Of a DNA stretch of 64,000 nt, positions 31,513-42,340 are shown piece after piece. Origin of the DNA: Frankiales bacterium (lineage in GTDB: Bacteria > Actinomycetota > Actinomycetes > JAFAQI01). The translations under genes and the position numbers were made by a program. The stretch's first letter is position 1; every line of letters starts with the position of its first letter. The stretch is from NCBI GenBank assembly GCA_025980465.1, contig JAICXJ010000003.1, forward strand, positions 47,549 through 111,548, read 5' to 3'. The notes under the pieces are model-generated. The model saw nothing but the letters and a program-made list of their open reading frames with translations. It was not told where the DNA came from and did no database searches.

Positions 31513-32376
31513 TCAGCCTGCTTCGAGGAAGCTGAGCACCGCCGCCCGGAACGCCTCCGGCGCGTCGACCCACGGGAAATGACCCGCCTCGTCGAGCTCC
31601 GCGACGTGAGCGCTCGGAATCGCGTCCGCGACCAGGTGTCCCGCTCGCACACCGGTCAGCCCGTCGTACCGGCCGACGACGATCAATGTCGGCACGTGCA
31701 GGCCCTGCAGGCCGCGAGGCAGGTCCAGCCCGACGAGCTCGTCGGGAGTCGGCGCGAACGCCGCCATCGCACGTAGCGACATCTGCCCGTCAGTGCGTGC
31801 CGCGTGCTCCTGCGCCCGCTCGTCCCATCGGGAGTAGTAATACGGCCGCAGGCCGGCGTCCATCCGACCGCGGCGCTCCTCCGGGATCTGGGCCAGCTCG
31901 GCTTCGAGCGCCGCCACCTCGCCGTACCAGGGCTCGTTGCTGCGGCTCGCCCGGATCGAGGCAATGTCGTCGGTCACCTCACCGAACCCACGCGCCGACG
32001 GCGTGACCAGGACCAGCCGCGACAGCCGTTCGGGATGACGTATTGCGTAGACCATCGACACCAGGCAACCGGCCGAATGCCCGAGCAGGTCGACCTGTTC
32101 GAGGCCCTGCGCCGCCCGGACGTCCTCGACATCGTCGGCGAGTCTCGGGAAGCTCAGCGATGACCGGTCCTCCGGCAGCGGCGAGAGACCAGTCCCCCGC
32201 ATGTCGATGCGGAGCAAGGTGCGGGAGGCGGCGAGTCCGCCCAGGTCCTCGAGATAGGCCGATGCCCGACCGGGACCGCCCGGCACGCACAGCAGTGGCG
32301 CGCCCTCACCCGTGACGTGGACCGCGAGGGCATCGCCGTCCGCCGCGGTTACCCGCGTGACGGTCGCCTCTGCCAC
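31513..32376 (-). CDS. alpha/beta hydrolase
   Basis: GHSAG nucleophile elbow (LLGHSAGCLV); start trimmed to a GTG after the serA stop. Confidence 0.75.
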   Translation of the reverse strand: MAEATVTRVTAADGDALAVHVTGEGAPLLCVPGGPGRASAYLEDLGGLAASRTLLRIDMRGTGLSPLPEDRSSLSFPRLADDVEDVRAAQGLEQVDLLGHSAGCLVSMVYAIRHPERLSRLVLVTPSARGFGEVTDDIASIRASRSNEPWYGEVAALEAELAQIPEERRGRMDAGLRPYYYSRWDERAQEHAARTDGQMSLRAMAAFAPTPDELVGLDLPRGLQGLHVPTLIVVGRYDGLTGVRAGHLVADAIPSAHVAELDEAGHFPWVDAPEAFRAAVLSFLEAG

Positions 32377-32380
32377 CCGG

Positions 32381-33976
32381 TCAGTCCTGCGGGAGATATG
32401 CGGCGCGGATCGAGGAGGCGCCGACCGCCGTACCGATCTCGTCGAGAGTGCCGGGAGGGACCGCGGAGTCAACGGTCAGCACCATCAGGGCAGATCCGCC
32501 TACCGCCTTGCGAGAGACCTGCATCCCGGCGATGTTGACCTTCGCTTGACCGAGCAGCTGGCCCACCGTGCCGACGATGCCCGGGCGATCCTCGTAGGTC
32601 GCGAACACCATGTGCTCGTTGATCGCGACTTCGACGTCGAAGCCATTGACCTCGACGAGCTTCTGCACCATCCGCGGCCCGGTGAGGTTGCCGCCGACCG
32701 ATATCACGGTGCCATCGGCCAACGCCCCGCGAACCGTCAACACGTTGCGGTAGTCGGGACTCTCCTCGCTGCTGACCAGGCCGACGTCAATGCCTCGCTC
32801 CGAGGCGAGCAACGGCGCGTTGACGAACGTCACCTGCTCCTCGACGACATCGGTGAAGACGCCACGTAGGGCGGCGAGTGCAAGCACCGAGACGTCGTAC
32901 CCGGCGACCTCGCCCTTGATGTCGACGGTGAGGTTTGCCGGGACCTCCGCCGCCAACGCGGTGAACAGCCGACCCAGTCGTTCGATCAGCGGCAGGCTGG
33001 GCCGGATCTCCTCGGCGACGACCCCACCGACCTGGACGTTGACCGCGTCCGGCACGAACTCGCCGGCCAAGGCCAGCTTCACCGACTTCGCGACCGCCAG
33101 ACCGGCCTTGTCCTGGGCTTCGTTCGTCGAGGCCCCGAGATGCGGCGTCACCACGGCGCGCGGCTCGGTGAACAGCGGCGAATCGGTGCACGGCTCGGTG
33201 CCGAAGACGTCTACCGCTGCGCCGCCGAGTCGGCCCTCCTTCAACGCCTGCGCGAGTGCGTGCTCGTCGACCAGCCCACCCCGGGCGGCGTTGACGATGA
33301 TCGCGCCGGGCTTCACCAGCGCGAGCTCGCGCTCGCCGATGAGGCCCTGCGTCTCCGGGGTCTTCGGCAGGTGGACCGAGATGAAGTCGCTGTGAGCGAG
33401 CAGCTCCTCCAGCGGACCCAGCTGGACCCCTAGCTGCGCAGCGCGGGCGGCCGGCACGTATGGGTCGTAGGCGAGCAGCGTCACGCCGAACGCAGCCATC
33501 CGTTGCGCGAACAGCACGCCGATGCGGCCCAGCCCGACGACTCCGACCACCTTGTCGGTCACCTCGACGCCAGTGAATGCGCTGCGCTTCCACGCGCCGC
33601 CCTTGAGACTCTCGTTGGCCGCCGGGATGTTTCGCGCCGTCGCAAGCAGTAGCGCCACGGCGTGTTCGGCCGCCGAGGTGATGTTGGAGGTCGGTGCGTT
33701 GACGACGAGAACACCGCGGGCAGTGGCCGCGTCGACATCGACGTTGTCGAGCCCGACCCCGGCACGCGCGACGACCTTCAGGCGTGCAGCGGCCTCGAGC
33801 ACCTCGGCATCGATCTGCGTGGCACTGCGCACGATGACCGCATCGACGTCGGCGAGCGCCGGCAACAGGGCGCCACGGTCCGCGCCGTCGACCTGACGCA
33901 CCTCGAGATCCTCGGCGAGCACCTCGAGTGCAGCAGGCGCCAGTTCTTCAGCGACGAGTACGACGGGCTTCGGCAC
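32381..33976 (-). CDS. serA: D-3-phosphoglycerate dehydrogenase (long form with ACT domain)
   Basis: 2-hydroxyacid dehydrogenase NAD-binding motif (GVVGLGRIGVLFAQR), C-terminal ASB/ACT domains; 531 aa. Confidence 0.9.
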   Translation of the reverse strand: MPKPVVLVAEELAPAALEVLAEDLEVRQVDGADRGALLPALADVDAVIVRSATQIDAEVLEAAARLKVVARAGVGLDNVDVDAATARGVLVVNAPTSNITSAAEHAVALLLATARNIPAANESLKGGAWKRSAFTGVEVTDKVVGVVGLGRIGVLFAQRMAAFGVTLLAYDPYVPAARAAQLGVQLGPLEELLAHSDFISVHLPKTPETQGLIGERELALVKPGAIIVNAARGGLVDEHALAQALKEGRLGGAAVDVFGTEPCTDSPLFTEPRAVVTPHLGASTNEAQDKAGLAVAKSVKLALAGEFVPDAVNVQVGGVVAEEIRPSLPLIERLGRLFTALAAEVPANLTVDIKGEVAGYDVSVLALAALRGVFTDVVEEQVTFVNAPLLASERGIDVGLVSSEESPDYRNVLTVRGALADGTVISVGGNLTGPRMVQKLVEVNGFDVEVAINEHMVFATYEDRPGIVGTVGQLLGQAKVNIAGMQVSRKAVGGSALMVLTVDSAVPPGTLDEIGTAVGASSIRAAYLPQD

Positions 33977-33992
33977 CCGCCAACCCTACCCA

Positions 33993-34072
33993 GCGCATGT
34001 GCCATGACTGGCGCTATAGGCCCACGGATGGCACATCCGCGGGGCGCTAGGCCCAGCTATGGCACATGCGTG
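33993..34072. repeat. repeat array: inverted ATGTGCCAT plus two direct ATGGCACAT copies inside about 30-bp direct repeats
   Basis: cgcatgtgccat (33993-34004) pairs with atggcacatgcg (34061-34072). Two copies of ggcgcta(t)aggccca-NNN-atggcacat. Lies between the ilvC stop and the serA start. Confidence 0.5.
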
Positions 34073-34074
34073 CG

Positions 34075-35605
<1,531 letters not shown>

Positions 35606-35645
35606 CCCGCCCGCCACCGCAATGGCGCGACGTACCGTCGCCGGA

Positions 35646-37415
35646 TCATTCTGAAACCACCTCGCCCATTTCGTACTCGAAGTCAGGCGCGGTCTCCCGC
35701 GCGATCTTGATGTCGTCATTCGACGTTCCTGCGGCGACCATCGGCCAGACCATGGCGTCCTTGCCCACGACGAAGTCGATGACGACCGGGAGGTCGGTGA
35801 CCGCCATCGCCTTCTCGATGGTCGCGTCCACGTCGGCAGCGGTCTCGCAACGCAGGCCGACGCATCCCATCGCCTCGGCCAGCATCACGAAGTCGGGCAG
35901 GTACTTCGCGCCGGTCTTCAGGTCGGTGTTGGAGTACCGACCTTCGTAGAACAGCGTCTGCCACTGCCGAACCATCCCGAGTGAGCCGTTGTTGATCACG
36001 GCGATCTTGACCGGGATGCCCTCGATCGCGCAGGTGGCGAGCTCCTGGTTGGTCATCTGGAAGCAGCCATCGCCGTCGATCGCCCAGACCAGTGCATCCG
36101 GCCGGCCCACCTTGGCGCCCATCGCGGCCGGCACCGCGAAGCCCATGGTGCCGAGACCACCGGAGTTGATCCAGGTATAGGGCTTCTCGTACGAGACGAA
36201 CTGCGACGCCCACATCTGATGCTGCCCGACGCCTGCGACGATAACCGTGTCCGGCCCGCACACCTTGCCGATCCGCTCGATCACATATTGCGGTGCAAGC
36301 GTGCCGTCTTCGTGCCCGTCGTACCCCAGTGGGTAGGTGCGCTTCCAGCCGTTGCACTGCGTCCACCACGCCGCGTAGTCGCCGTTGTGCCCGGCCTCGT
36401 GTTCGGCCCGTAGCGCCGCGATGAGCTCGATGATGACGTCGCGGACGTCACCGACGATCGGAATGTCGGCGACGCGGTTCTTCGAGATCTCGGCCGGGTC
36501 GATGTCGGCGTGCACCACCTTCGCGTCGGGTGCGAACGACGAGAGCTTGCCAGTCACCCGGTCGTCGAATCGGGCTCCGAGCGCGACCAGCAGGTCCGAG
36601 CGTTGCAACGCGGTGACGGCGGCGACCGACCCGTGCATCCCGGGCATGCCGAGATGCTGCTCGTTGGAGTCAGGGAACGCACCGCGTGCCATCAGCGTCG
36701 TGACGACGGGCACACCGGAAAGCTCGGCCAGTGTCTTGAGCTCTTCGGTCGCGTGGGCCTTGAGGACGCCGCCGCCGACGTAGAGGACCGGCCGTTTCGC
36801 TTCGACGATCATCCGCGCCGCCTCTCGCACCTGCTTGGCGTGCGGTTTCGCGGCCGGCCGGTACCCGGGAAGCTGCATGTCAACCGGCCACACGAACGTT
36901 GTCTGGGACTGGAGCGCGTCCTTCGCGATGTCGACGAGAACCGGGCCAGGCCGGCCGGTGGCGGCGATGTGGAACGCCTCGGCCAGAACTCGTGGGATGT
37001 CGTCGGCGTCCTGCACCAGGAAGTTGTGCTTGGTGATCGGCATCGTGATGCCGCAGATGTCGGCTTCCTGGAAAGCGTCGGTCCCGATCGCCGCCGATGG
37101 CACCTGGCCGGTGATCGCGACGATCGGTACCGAGTCCATGTAGGCGTCGGCAATTGGGGTCACGAGGTTGGTCGCGCCAGGACCACTCGTCGCCATGCAG
37201 ACGCCGACCCGGCCGGTCGCCTGGGCGTAGCCCGTCGCGGCGTGTCCGGCGCCCTGCTCGTGGCGGACCAGGATGTGCCGCAGCCGGGTCGAGTCGAACA
37301 ACGGGTCGTACGCCGGCAGGATCGCGCCGCCGGGAATGCCGAACACCACCTGGGCGTCGAGTTCCTCCAGCGCGCGCACCATCGCCTGCGCCCCGGTGAT
37401 CCGCTCCTGTGTCAT
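35646..37415 (-). CDS. ilvB: acetolactate synthase large subunit
   Basis: ThDP-enzyme motifs (GGGVL...GDG), 589 aa, followed by ilvN-ilvC. Confidence 0.9.
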   Translation of the reverse strand: MTQERITGAQAMVRALEELDAQVVFGIPGGAILPAYDPLFDSTRLRHILVRHEQGAGHAATGYAQATGRVGVCMATSGPGATNLVTPIADAYMDSVPIVAITGQVPSAAIGTDAFQEADICGITMPITKHNFLVQDADDIPRVLAEAFHIAATGRPGPVLVDIAKDALQSQTTFVWPVDMQLPGYRPAAKPHAKQVREAARMIVEAKRPVLYVGGGVLKAHATEELKTLAELSGVPVVTTLMARGAFPDSNEQHLGMPGMHGSVAAVTALQRSDLLVALGARFDDRVTGKLSSFAPDAKVVHADIDPAEISKNRVADIPIVGDVRDVIIELIAALRAEHEAGHNGDYAAWWTQCNGWKRTYPLGYDGHEDGTLAPQYVIERIGKVCGPDTVIVAGVGQHQMWASQFVSYEKPYTWINSGGLGTMGFAVPAAMGAKVGRPDALVWAIDGDGCFQMTNQELATCAIEGIPVKIAVINNGSLGMVRQWQTLFYEGRYSNTDLKTGAKYLPDFVMLAEAMGCVGLRCETAADVDATIEKAMAVTDLPVVIDFVVGKDAMVWPMVAAGTSNDDIKIARETAPDFEYEMGEVVSE

Positions 37416-37443
37416 GTCCTCACGCTTCCTGCAGTTCGTACTC

Positions 37444-37457
37444 GGGTCAGCTGACCC
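37444..37457. promoter_or_regulatory. perfect 14-bp palindrome GGGTCAGCTGACCC
   Basis: Located between the attenuator terminator and the ilvB ATG (29 nt upstream). Confidence 0.3.
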
Positions 37458-37460
37458 ACT

Positions 37461-37496
37461 ACATACAAAAGCCCCTCGCGCGAAGCGCGGAGGGGC
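37461..37496 (-). terminator. ilvB attenuator terminator (11-bp GC stem followed by a U-tract)
   Basis: Minus-strand RNA gcccctccgcgc-uuc-gcgcgaggggc-uuuuguaugu, about 45 nt upstream of the ilvB start. Confidence 0.55.
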
Positions 37497-37515
37497 AGCA
37501 CGTGATCCGAAGGGT

Positions 37516-37554
37516 TCAGACCACGTGCTCGCTAACTACGAGAATCCTGTGCAC
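37516..37554 (-). CDS. candidate ilvBNC leader peptide (V/M)[11 protein letters not shown]
   Basis: 12-codon GTG ORF rich in Ile-Leu-Val-Val, immediately upstream of the terminator hairpin, in the ilvD-ilvB intergenic region. Confidence 0.5.
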   Translation of the reverse strand: MHRILVVSEHVV

Positions 37555-37607
37555 GCAACAACGGTGGACTACCGCTGCGCCCGTGTCAAGGCGACTCCCG
37601 ATGAGGA

Positions 37608-39326
37608 TCAACCGCAGACAGCGCCGATCGCGGCTGACCCGACGAGCTTCACATACTTGGCGAAGACCCCGCTCGGATAGCGCGGCGGCGGCGCCGTCCA
37701 GCCCTTCCGACGTTCCGCGAGCTCGGCCTCGTCGACCAGAACGTCGAGGGTCTTGTTCGCGACGTCGAGCCGGATCCGGTCACCGTCCCGCACGAACGCG
37801 ATCGGCCCGCCGTCGGTGGCCTCCGGGGCGACGTGACCGACGCAAAGTCCCGTCGTACCGCCGGAGAACCGCCCGTCGGTCAGCAGCAGCACGTCCTTGC
37901 CGAGACCCGCTCCCTTGATCGCGCCGGTCACGGCGAGCATCTCCCGCATCCCGGGACCGCCCTTCGGGCCTTCGTAACGGATCACGACGACGTCACCCGC
38001 CTTGAGGTCGCCGTTGGTGACCGCGTCCATCGCGGGCTGCTCGGTGTCGAACACCCGCGCCGTGCCCTCGAAAACCGCCTCGTCGAAGCCGGCCGTCTTC
38101 ACGACTGCACCGTCGGGTGCAAGCGATCCGGTGAGGATGGTCAGACCGCCGGTGGCGTGCATCGGATTGGCCAACTCGCGCAGGACGGTGCCGTCAAGCG
38201 GTGCCGGCGCCAGGTCGTTGAGGTTCTCGGCGACGGTACGGCCGGTCACCGTCATGCACGCACCGTCGAGCAAGCCCGCGTCGAGAAGCGCCTTCATCAC
38301 CACCGGGATCCCGCCGACCCGGTCGACGTCGGCCATCACGAACCGTCCGAACGGCTTGACGTCGGCCAGGTGCGGAGTGCGGTCACCGATCCGGTTGAAG
38401 TCCTCGAGTGTCAGCTCGACGCCGGCCTCGCTGGCAATTGCGAGGAGGTGGAGGACGGCGTTGGTGGATCCGCCGAGCGCCATCACGACCGTGATCGCGT
38501 TCTCGAATGCCGGCTTCGTCAGGATCGTCCGGGCGGTGATGCCCTTCGCGAGCATGCCGATCACCGCCTCGCCGGAAGCGACGGCGTACTCGTCCCTCCG
38601 GCGGTCGATCGACGGCGGCGCGGCGCTTCCGGGCAGCGACATTCCGAGCGCCTCGGCGACGCTCGCCATGGTGTTCGCGGTGTACATCCCGGCGCAGGCG
38701 CCTTCGCCGGGGCAGGCGGCACGCTCGATCGCGTCGAGCTCGTCCTTGCTGATCAAGCCGCGAGCGCAGGCACCGATCCCCTCGAAGGCGTCGATGATCG
38801 TCAGGTCACGATCATCGAGCTTGCCCGGAAGTGACGTGCCGGCGTAGAGGAACACCGAGGCCAGATCGAGCCGGGCGGCCGCCATCAGCATTCCGGGCAA
38901 CGACTTGTCGCAGCCGGCCAACAGCACGGAGCCGTCAAGCCGCTCGGCGAACATCACCGTCTCCACCGAGTCGGCAATGATCTCGCGCGACACCAGCGAT
39001 GCGTGCATCCCTTCGTGTCCCATCGAGATGCCGTCCGACACCGAGATCGTGCCGAACTCCAGCGGCACTCCCCCGGCGTTGCGCACGCCGACCTTCGCCT
39101 GCTGGGCGAGCCGCTGAAGCGAAAGGTTGCAGGGCGTTATCTCGTTCCAGGAAGAGGCGATTCCTACCTGCGGCTTGCCCCAGTCGTCGTCGGTGAGGCC
39201 GACGGCGCGGAGCATCGCCCGGGCGCCGGCCCGCTCGTACCCATCTGTGACATCGCGACTGCGAGGCTTGAGATCCACGTGCGCGAGACTAATCGCAGCA
39301 TCGCTTGCTCCCCCCGCCGGCACCAC
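37608..39326 (-). CDS. ilvD: dihydroxy-acid dehydratase
   Basis: ILVD/EDD family (CDKSLPG, SGGTTG-like and Cys-ligand motifs). Start set at GTG 39326 by analogy with the mycobacterial N-terminus length; the ATG at 39410 lies inside a repeat. Confidence 0.85.
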   Translation of the reverse strand: MVPAGGASDAAISLAHVDLKPRSRDVTDGYERAGARAMLRAVGLTDDDWGKPQVGIASSWNEITPCNLSLQRLAQQAKVGVRNAGGVPLEFGTISVSDGISMGHEGMHASLVSREIIADSVETVMFAERLDGSVLLAGCDKSLPGMLMAAARLDLASVFLYAGTSLPGKLDDRDLTIIDAFEGIGACARGLISKDELDAIERAACPGEGACAGMYTANTMASVAEALGMSLPGSAAPPSIDRRRDEYAVASGEAVIGMLAKGITARTILTKPAFENAITVVMALGGSTNAVLHLLAIASEAGVELTLEDFNRIGDRTPHLADVKPFGRFVMADVDRVGGIPVVMKALLDAGLLDGACMTVTGRTVAENLNDLAPAPLDGTVLRELANPMHATGGLTILTGSLAPDGAVVKTAGFDEAVFEGTARVFDTEQPAMDAVTNGDLKAGDVVVIRYEGPKGGPGMREMLAVTGAIKGAGLGKDVLLLTDGRFSGGTTGLCVGHVAPEATDGGPIAFVRDGDRIRLDVANKTLDVLVDEAELAERRKGWTAPPPRYPSGVFAKYVKLVGSAAIGAVCG

Positions 39327-39334
39327 CCGGGTTA

Positions 39335-39450
39335 GCGATGTGACATTGCCTGGCCAGCGATTCGGGCATGCGGGGACGATCAGGGTGCCGCGCCTAGAGC
39401 AATGTGGCATTGCCCGGGGCGCCGCGCGGGCAATGCCACATTGCTTGGCC
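39335..39450. repeat. three copies of a near-palindromic 17-20 bp motif gcRATGYSRCATTGCYYGG upstream of ilvD and downstream of gatB
   Basis: R1 at 39335-39355, R2 at 39397-39419, R3 at 39427-39450. R2 and R3 overlap a perfect 17-bp inverted repeat caatgtggcattgcccg/cgggcaatgccacattg (39400-39443). Confidence 0.5.
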
Positions 39451-39451
39451 G

Positions 39452-40942
39452 TCAGGAAGCTCGCTCGAGGATGAGCTCGCGGGCCCGGGTGGCGTCTGCG
39501 GCCCCTCCGGTCGCCTTCATCACCGCACCGACGATCGGCCCGACCGCACCCTGGTTGCCGTCGCGAATCTTCGCCGCGATGTCCGGCTGCGCGGCGAGGG
39601 CGGCGTCGACAGCGACGATCAGCTCGTCCTCGCCGGCGACCTTCCAGCCGTGGCTTTCGATCACGGCGTCGACGTCGCCTTCGCCTGCGATGACCGCGTC
39701 GGCGACCTGCCGGGCGAGTTTGTTGGTCAGCTCCCCGGAGTCCTCGAGCTCACTGATCCGGGCGACCTGCGCAACCGTGATGGCGAGCTCAGAGACCTCG
39801 ACATCGAGCTCATTGGCGCGGCCGACCAGGTAGCCGAGCCACCAGCCCTTCGACTTCGTCGGCGATGCGCCGGCGGCGATGGTCTCGCCGACCAGGTCGA
39901 GTACGCCGGCATTCACCATCTGCTCGAGGTCGATCGCGGTGAACCCGTTGACCTCGGCGAAGGCGGCGCGGCGCACGCTCGGCGGCTCCGGGAGGGTGGC
40001 GCGCAGACCCTCGACGAGCTCACGCGCCGGTGCGAGCGGCACCAGGTCGGGCTCCGGGAAGTACCGGTAGTCCTGCGCCTCCTCCTTGCTCCGGCCGGGA
40101 CTGGTCGTGCCGCTGTCCTCGTGAAAGTGGCGGGTCTCCTGAACGACCCGTTCGCCGGCGTCGAGGCGTGCACCCTGACGTTCCACCTCGTGGCGCACGG
40201 CGCGCTCGACCGACCGAAGCGAGTTGACGTTCTTGGTCTCGGTGCGAGTCCCGAGCTGGGTCGCCCCGGCCGGCATGAGGGAAAGGTTCACGTCGCATCG
40301 CAACGACCCCTGCTCCATCCGGACGTCGGATACGCCGAGGTCACGAAGTACGTCGCGGAGCTCAGTGACGTACGCCCGCGCCACCTCGGCGGCCTTGTGC
40401 CCGGTGCCCTGAACCGGACGAGTGACGATCTCTACCAGCGGGATCCCCGCGCGGTTGTAGTCGACGAGCGAATGGGTCGCTCCGTGGATCCGCCCGGTTG
40501 CCCCGCCGACGTGAAGTGACTTGCCGGTGTCCTCCTCGAGATGCACCCGCTCAATCTCGACTCGAAACGCCTCGCCGCCCACAACCACATCCAGATACCC
40601 GTCGGTACACAGCGGCTCGTCGTACTGACTGACCTGATAGTCCTTCGGCATGTCCGGATAGAAGTAGTTCTTGCGCGCGAACCGGCACCAGGTCGCGATC
40701 TCGCAGTGGAGCGCCAGCCCGATCTTGACGGTGAACTCGATCGCGGCCTCGTTGGTCACCGGCAAGGATCCCGGCAGGCCGAGGCAGGTCGGGCAGACCT
40801 GCGTGTTCGGCGGAGCGCCGAACGCAGTCGAGCAGCCGCAGAAGAGCTTCGTCGCCGTGCCGAGCTCGACGTGGGTTTCGAGTCCGAGCACCGGCGCGTA
40901 GCGGTCGAGGACGTCGTCATAGGCCCCGAGCGTCGTGGTCAT
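39452..40942 (-). CDS. gatB: Asp-tRNA(Asn)/Glu-tRNA(Gln) amidotransferase subunit B
   Basis: GatB/YqeY architecture, [10 protein letters not shown]-terminal motif; 496 aa. Confidence 0.9.
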   Translation of the reverse strand: MTTTLGAYDDVLDRYAPVLGLETHVELGTATKLFCGCSTAFGAPPNTQVCPTCLGLPGSLPVTNEAAIEFTVKIGLALHCEIATWCRFARKNYFYPDMPKDYQVSQYDEPLCTDGYLDVVVGGEAFRVEIERVHLEEDTGKSLHVGGATGRIHGATHSLVDYNRAGIPLVEIVTRPVQGTGHKAAEVARAYVTELRDVLRDLGVSDVRMEQGSLRCDVNLSLMPAGATQLGTRTETKNVNSLRSVERAVRHEVERQGARLDAGERVVQETRHFHEDSGTTSPGRSKEEAQDYRYFPEPDLVPLAPARELVEGLRATLPEPPSVRRAAFAEVNGFTAIDLEQMVNAGVLDLVGETIAAGASPTKSKGWWLGYLVGRANELDVEVSELAITVAQVARISELEDSGELTNKLARQVADAVIAGEGDVDAVIESHGWKVAGEDELIVAVDAALAAQPDIAAKIRDGNQGAVGPIVGAVMKATGGAADATRARELILERAS

Positions 40943-40977
40943 GCATCTAGTTTGGCCTACATGGCTGCGTTGACTTC

Positions 40978-41460
40978 ATGACCGTGCGCGAGATCCGGCG
41001 TTGGGGCGACCCGGTGCTTCGCACCCCGTGCGAGAAGGTGACGGAGTTCGACGCGGCACTGGCCGATCTGTGTCGCGACCTCATCGAGACGGTCACCGCC
41101 CGGGAGGGCCGCGCCGGGCTCGCCGCCAACCAGATCGGAGTCGGACTCCGCGCATTCAGCTGGTTCATCGACGGCGACGCTGGGGTCGTCGTCAACCCCC
41201 GGCTGGTCACGACCGAAGGTCAGCAGGACGGCGACGAAGGATGCCTGTCACTGCCCGGGCTTTGGTTCCCGCTCAGCCGCCCCGCGTACGCGGGAGTCGA
41301 AGGGGTCGACGAGAACGGCAAGCCGGTCGCGGTGGACGGCTCCGGACTGATGGCCAGATGCCTGCTGCACGAGTGCGGCCATCTCGACGGCGAGCTGTTC
41401 ATCGACCGCCTCACCGGTGAGCAGCGAAAGGCCGCGCTTCGCGCCGCCCGTGAGCTCTAG
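40978..41460 (+). CDS. def: peptide deformylase
   Basis: GLAANQIG, EGCLS and HECGHLDG (HExxH) motifs. Confidence 0.85.
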   Translation: MTVREIRRWGDPVLRTPCEKVTEFDAALADLCRDLIETVTAREGRAGLAANQIGVGLRAFSWFIDGDAGVVVNPRLVTTEGQQDGDEGCLSLPGLWFPLSRPAYAGVEGVDENGKPVAVDGSGLMARCLLHECGHLDGELFIDRLTGEQRKAALRAAREL

Positions 41461-42293
41461 CTCGCCTCGGCCGCCGTGACGAAATCGATGAGCGACTCGA
41501 CCGGGCCGAGGAGCCCGGGCTCGAGGTCGGTCCAGCTCCGCACCGAGCCAAGGATGCGACGCCACGCAGTTGGCACGTCGGCCGCGCCCAGCCGGCTCGC
41601 GATGGTCTCCTTCCACGGCAGGTGCTTCGGGACCTCCGGCCACCGAGCCAGGCCCACCCGCTGCGGCTTGACCGCCTGCCAGATGTCGACGTAGGGATGG
41701 CCGGCGATCAGCACATGCGGACTGTCGATCGCCGAGGCGATCCGGCTCTCCTTGCTGCCGGCGACGAGATGATCGAGCAGCACGCCGAGCCTCGCCTGTC
41801 GACTCGGCGCAAACGAGCGCACGACCTCCGCGAGATTGTCGGCGCCCTCGAGCTGCTGGACGACAACGCCTTCGACCCGCAGGTCCGCGCCCCAGATCCG
41901 TTCGATCAGTTCGCAGTCGTGGCGGCCCTCGACGAGGATCCGGCTGGCTCGGGCGACCCGGGCGGGTCGGCCGTGCACCGCCACCGAGCCCGACGCCGTT
42001 CGACTCGACGCGACCGGGGAAGCGATCGCGGGTCGCCGCAACGTGACCGTCTCGCCGTCGAGCAGGTACGCCGCCCGCGCCCATGGAAACAGCCTGGTCG
42101 CGCCGTGACGGTCCTCGAGGGTCAGCGTCGCCTTGTCCATCGCGACGATGGCGCCGCAGAATCCGGTCGCGGCGTCCTCGACCACGAGATCGATCTCGGC
42201 ATCGACGACACGGATCTCACGCCGCTTCGGCAGTGGCACGGCAAGGACATCGTCGCCGTAGTCCTTCGTCGGTCCGGGGTTGTTCAGCGCCAC
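41457..42293 (-). CDS. conserved actinobacterial hypothetical protein (possibly DUF3097 family)
   Basis: 278-aa ORF with good coding character; family assignment is from memory only. Confidence 0.5.
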   Translation of the reverse strand: MALNNPGPTKDYGDDVLAVPLPKRREIRVVDAEIDLVVEDAATGFCGAIVAMDKATLTLEDRHGATRLFPWARAAYLLDGETVTLRRPAIASPVASSRTASGSVAVHGRPARVARASRILVEGRHDCELIERIWGADLRVEGVVVQQLEGADNLAEVVRSFAPSRQARLGVLLDHLVAGSKESRIASAIDSPHVLIAGHPYVDIWQAVKPQRVGLARWPEVPKHLPWKETIASRLGAADVPTAWRRILGSVRSWTDLEPGLLGPVESLIDFVTAAEAS

Positions 42294-42340
42294 TGCCGCA
42301 GTCTTGCTCCCCTCCCGTCCGCGCGCGACCCGACACGCGG

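Noticed and set aside
37570-37600. Perfect TTGACA -35 box upstream of the ilvB leader peptide
   Set aside because: No acceptable -10 hexamer at 16-19 nt spacing (the neighbouring hexamers are CACCGT and TCCACC), so I do not call a promoter from it.
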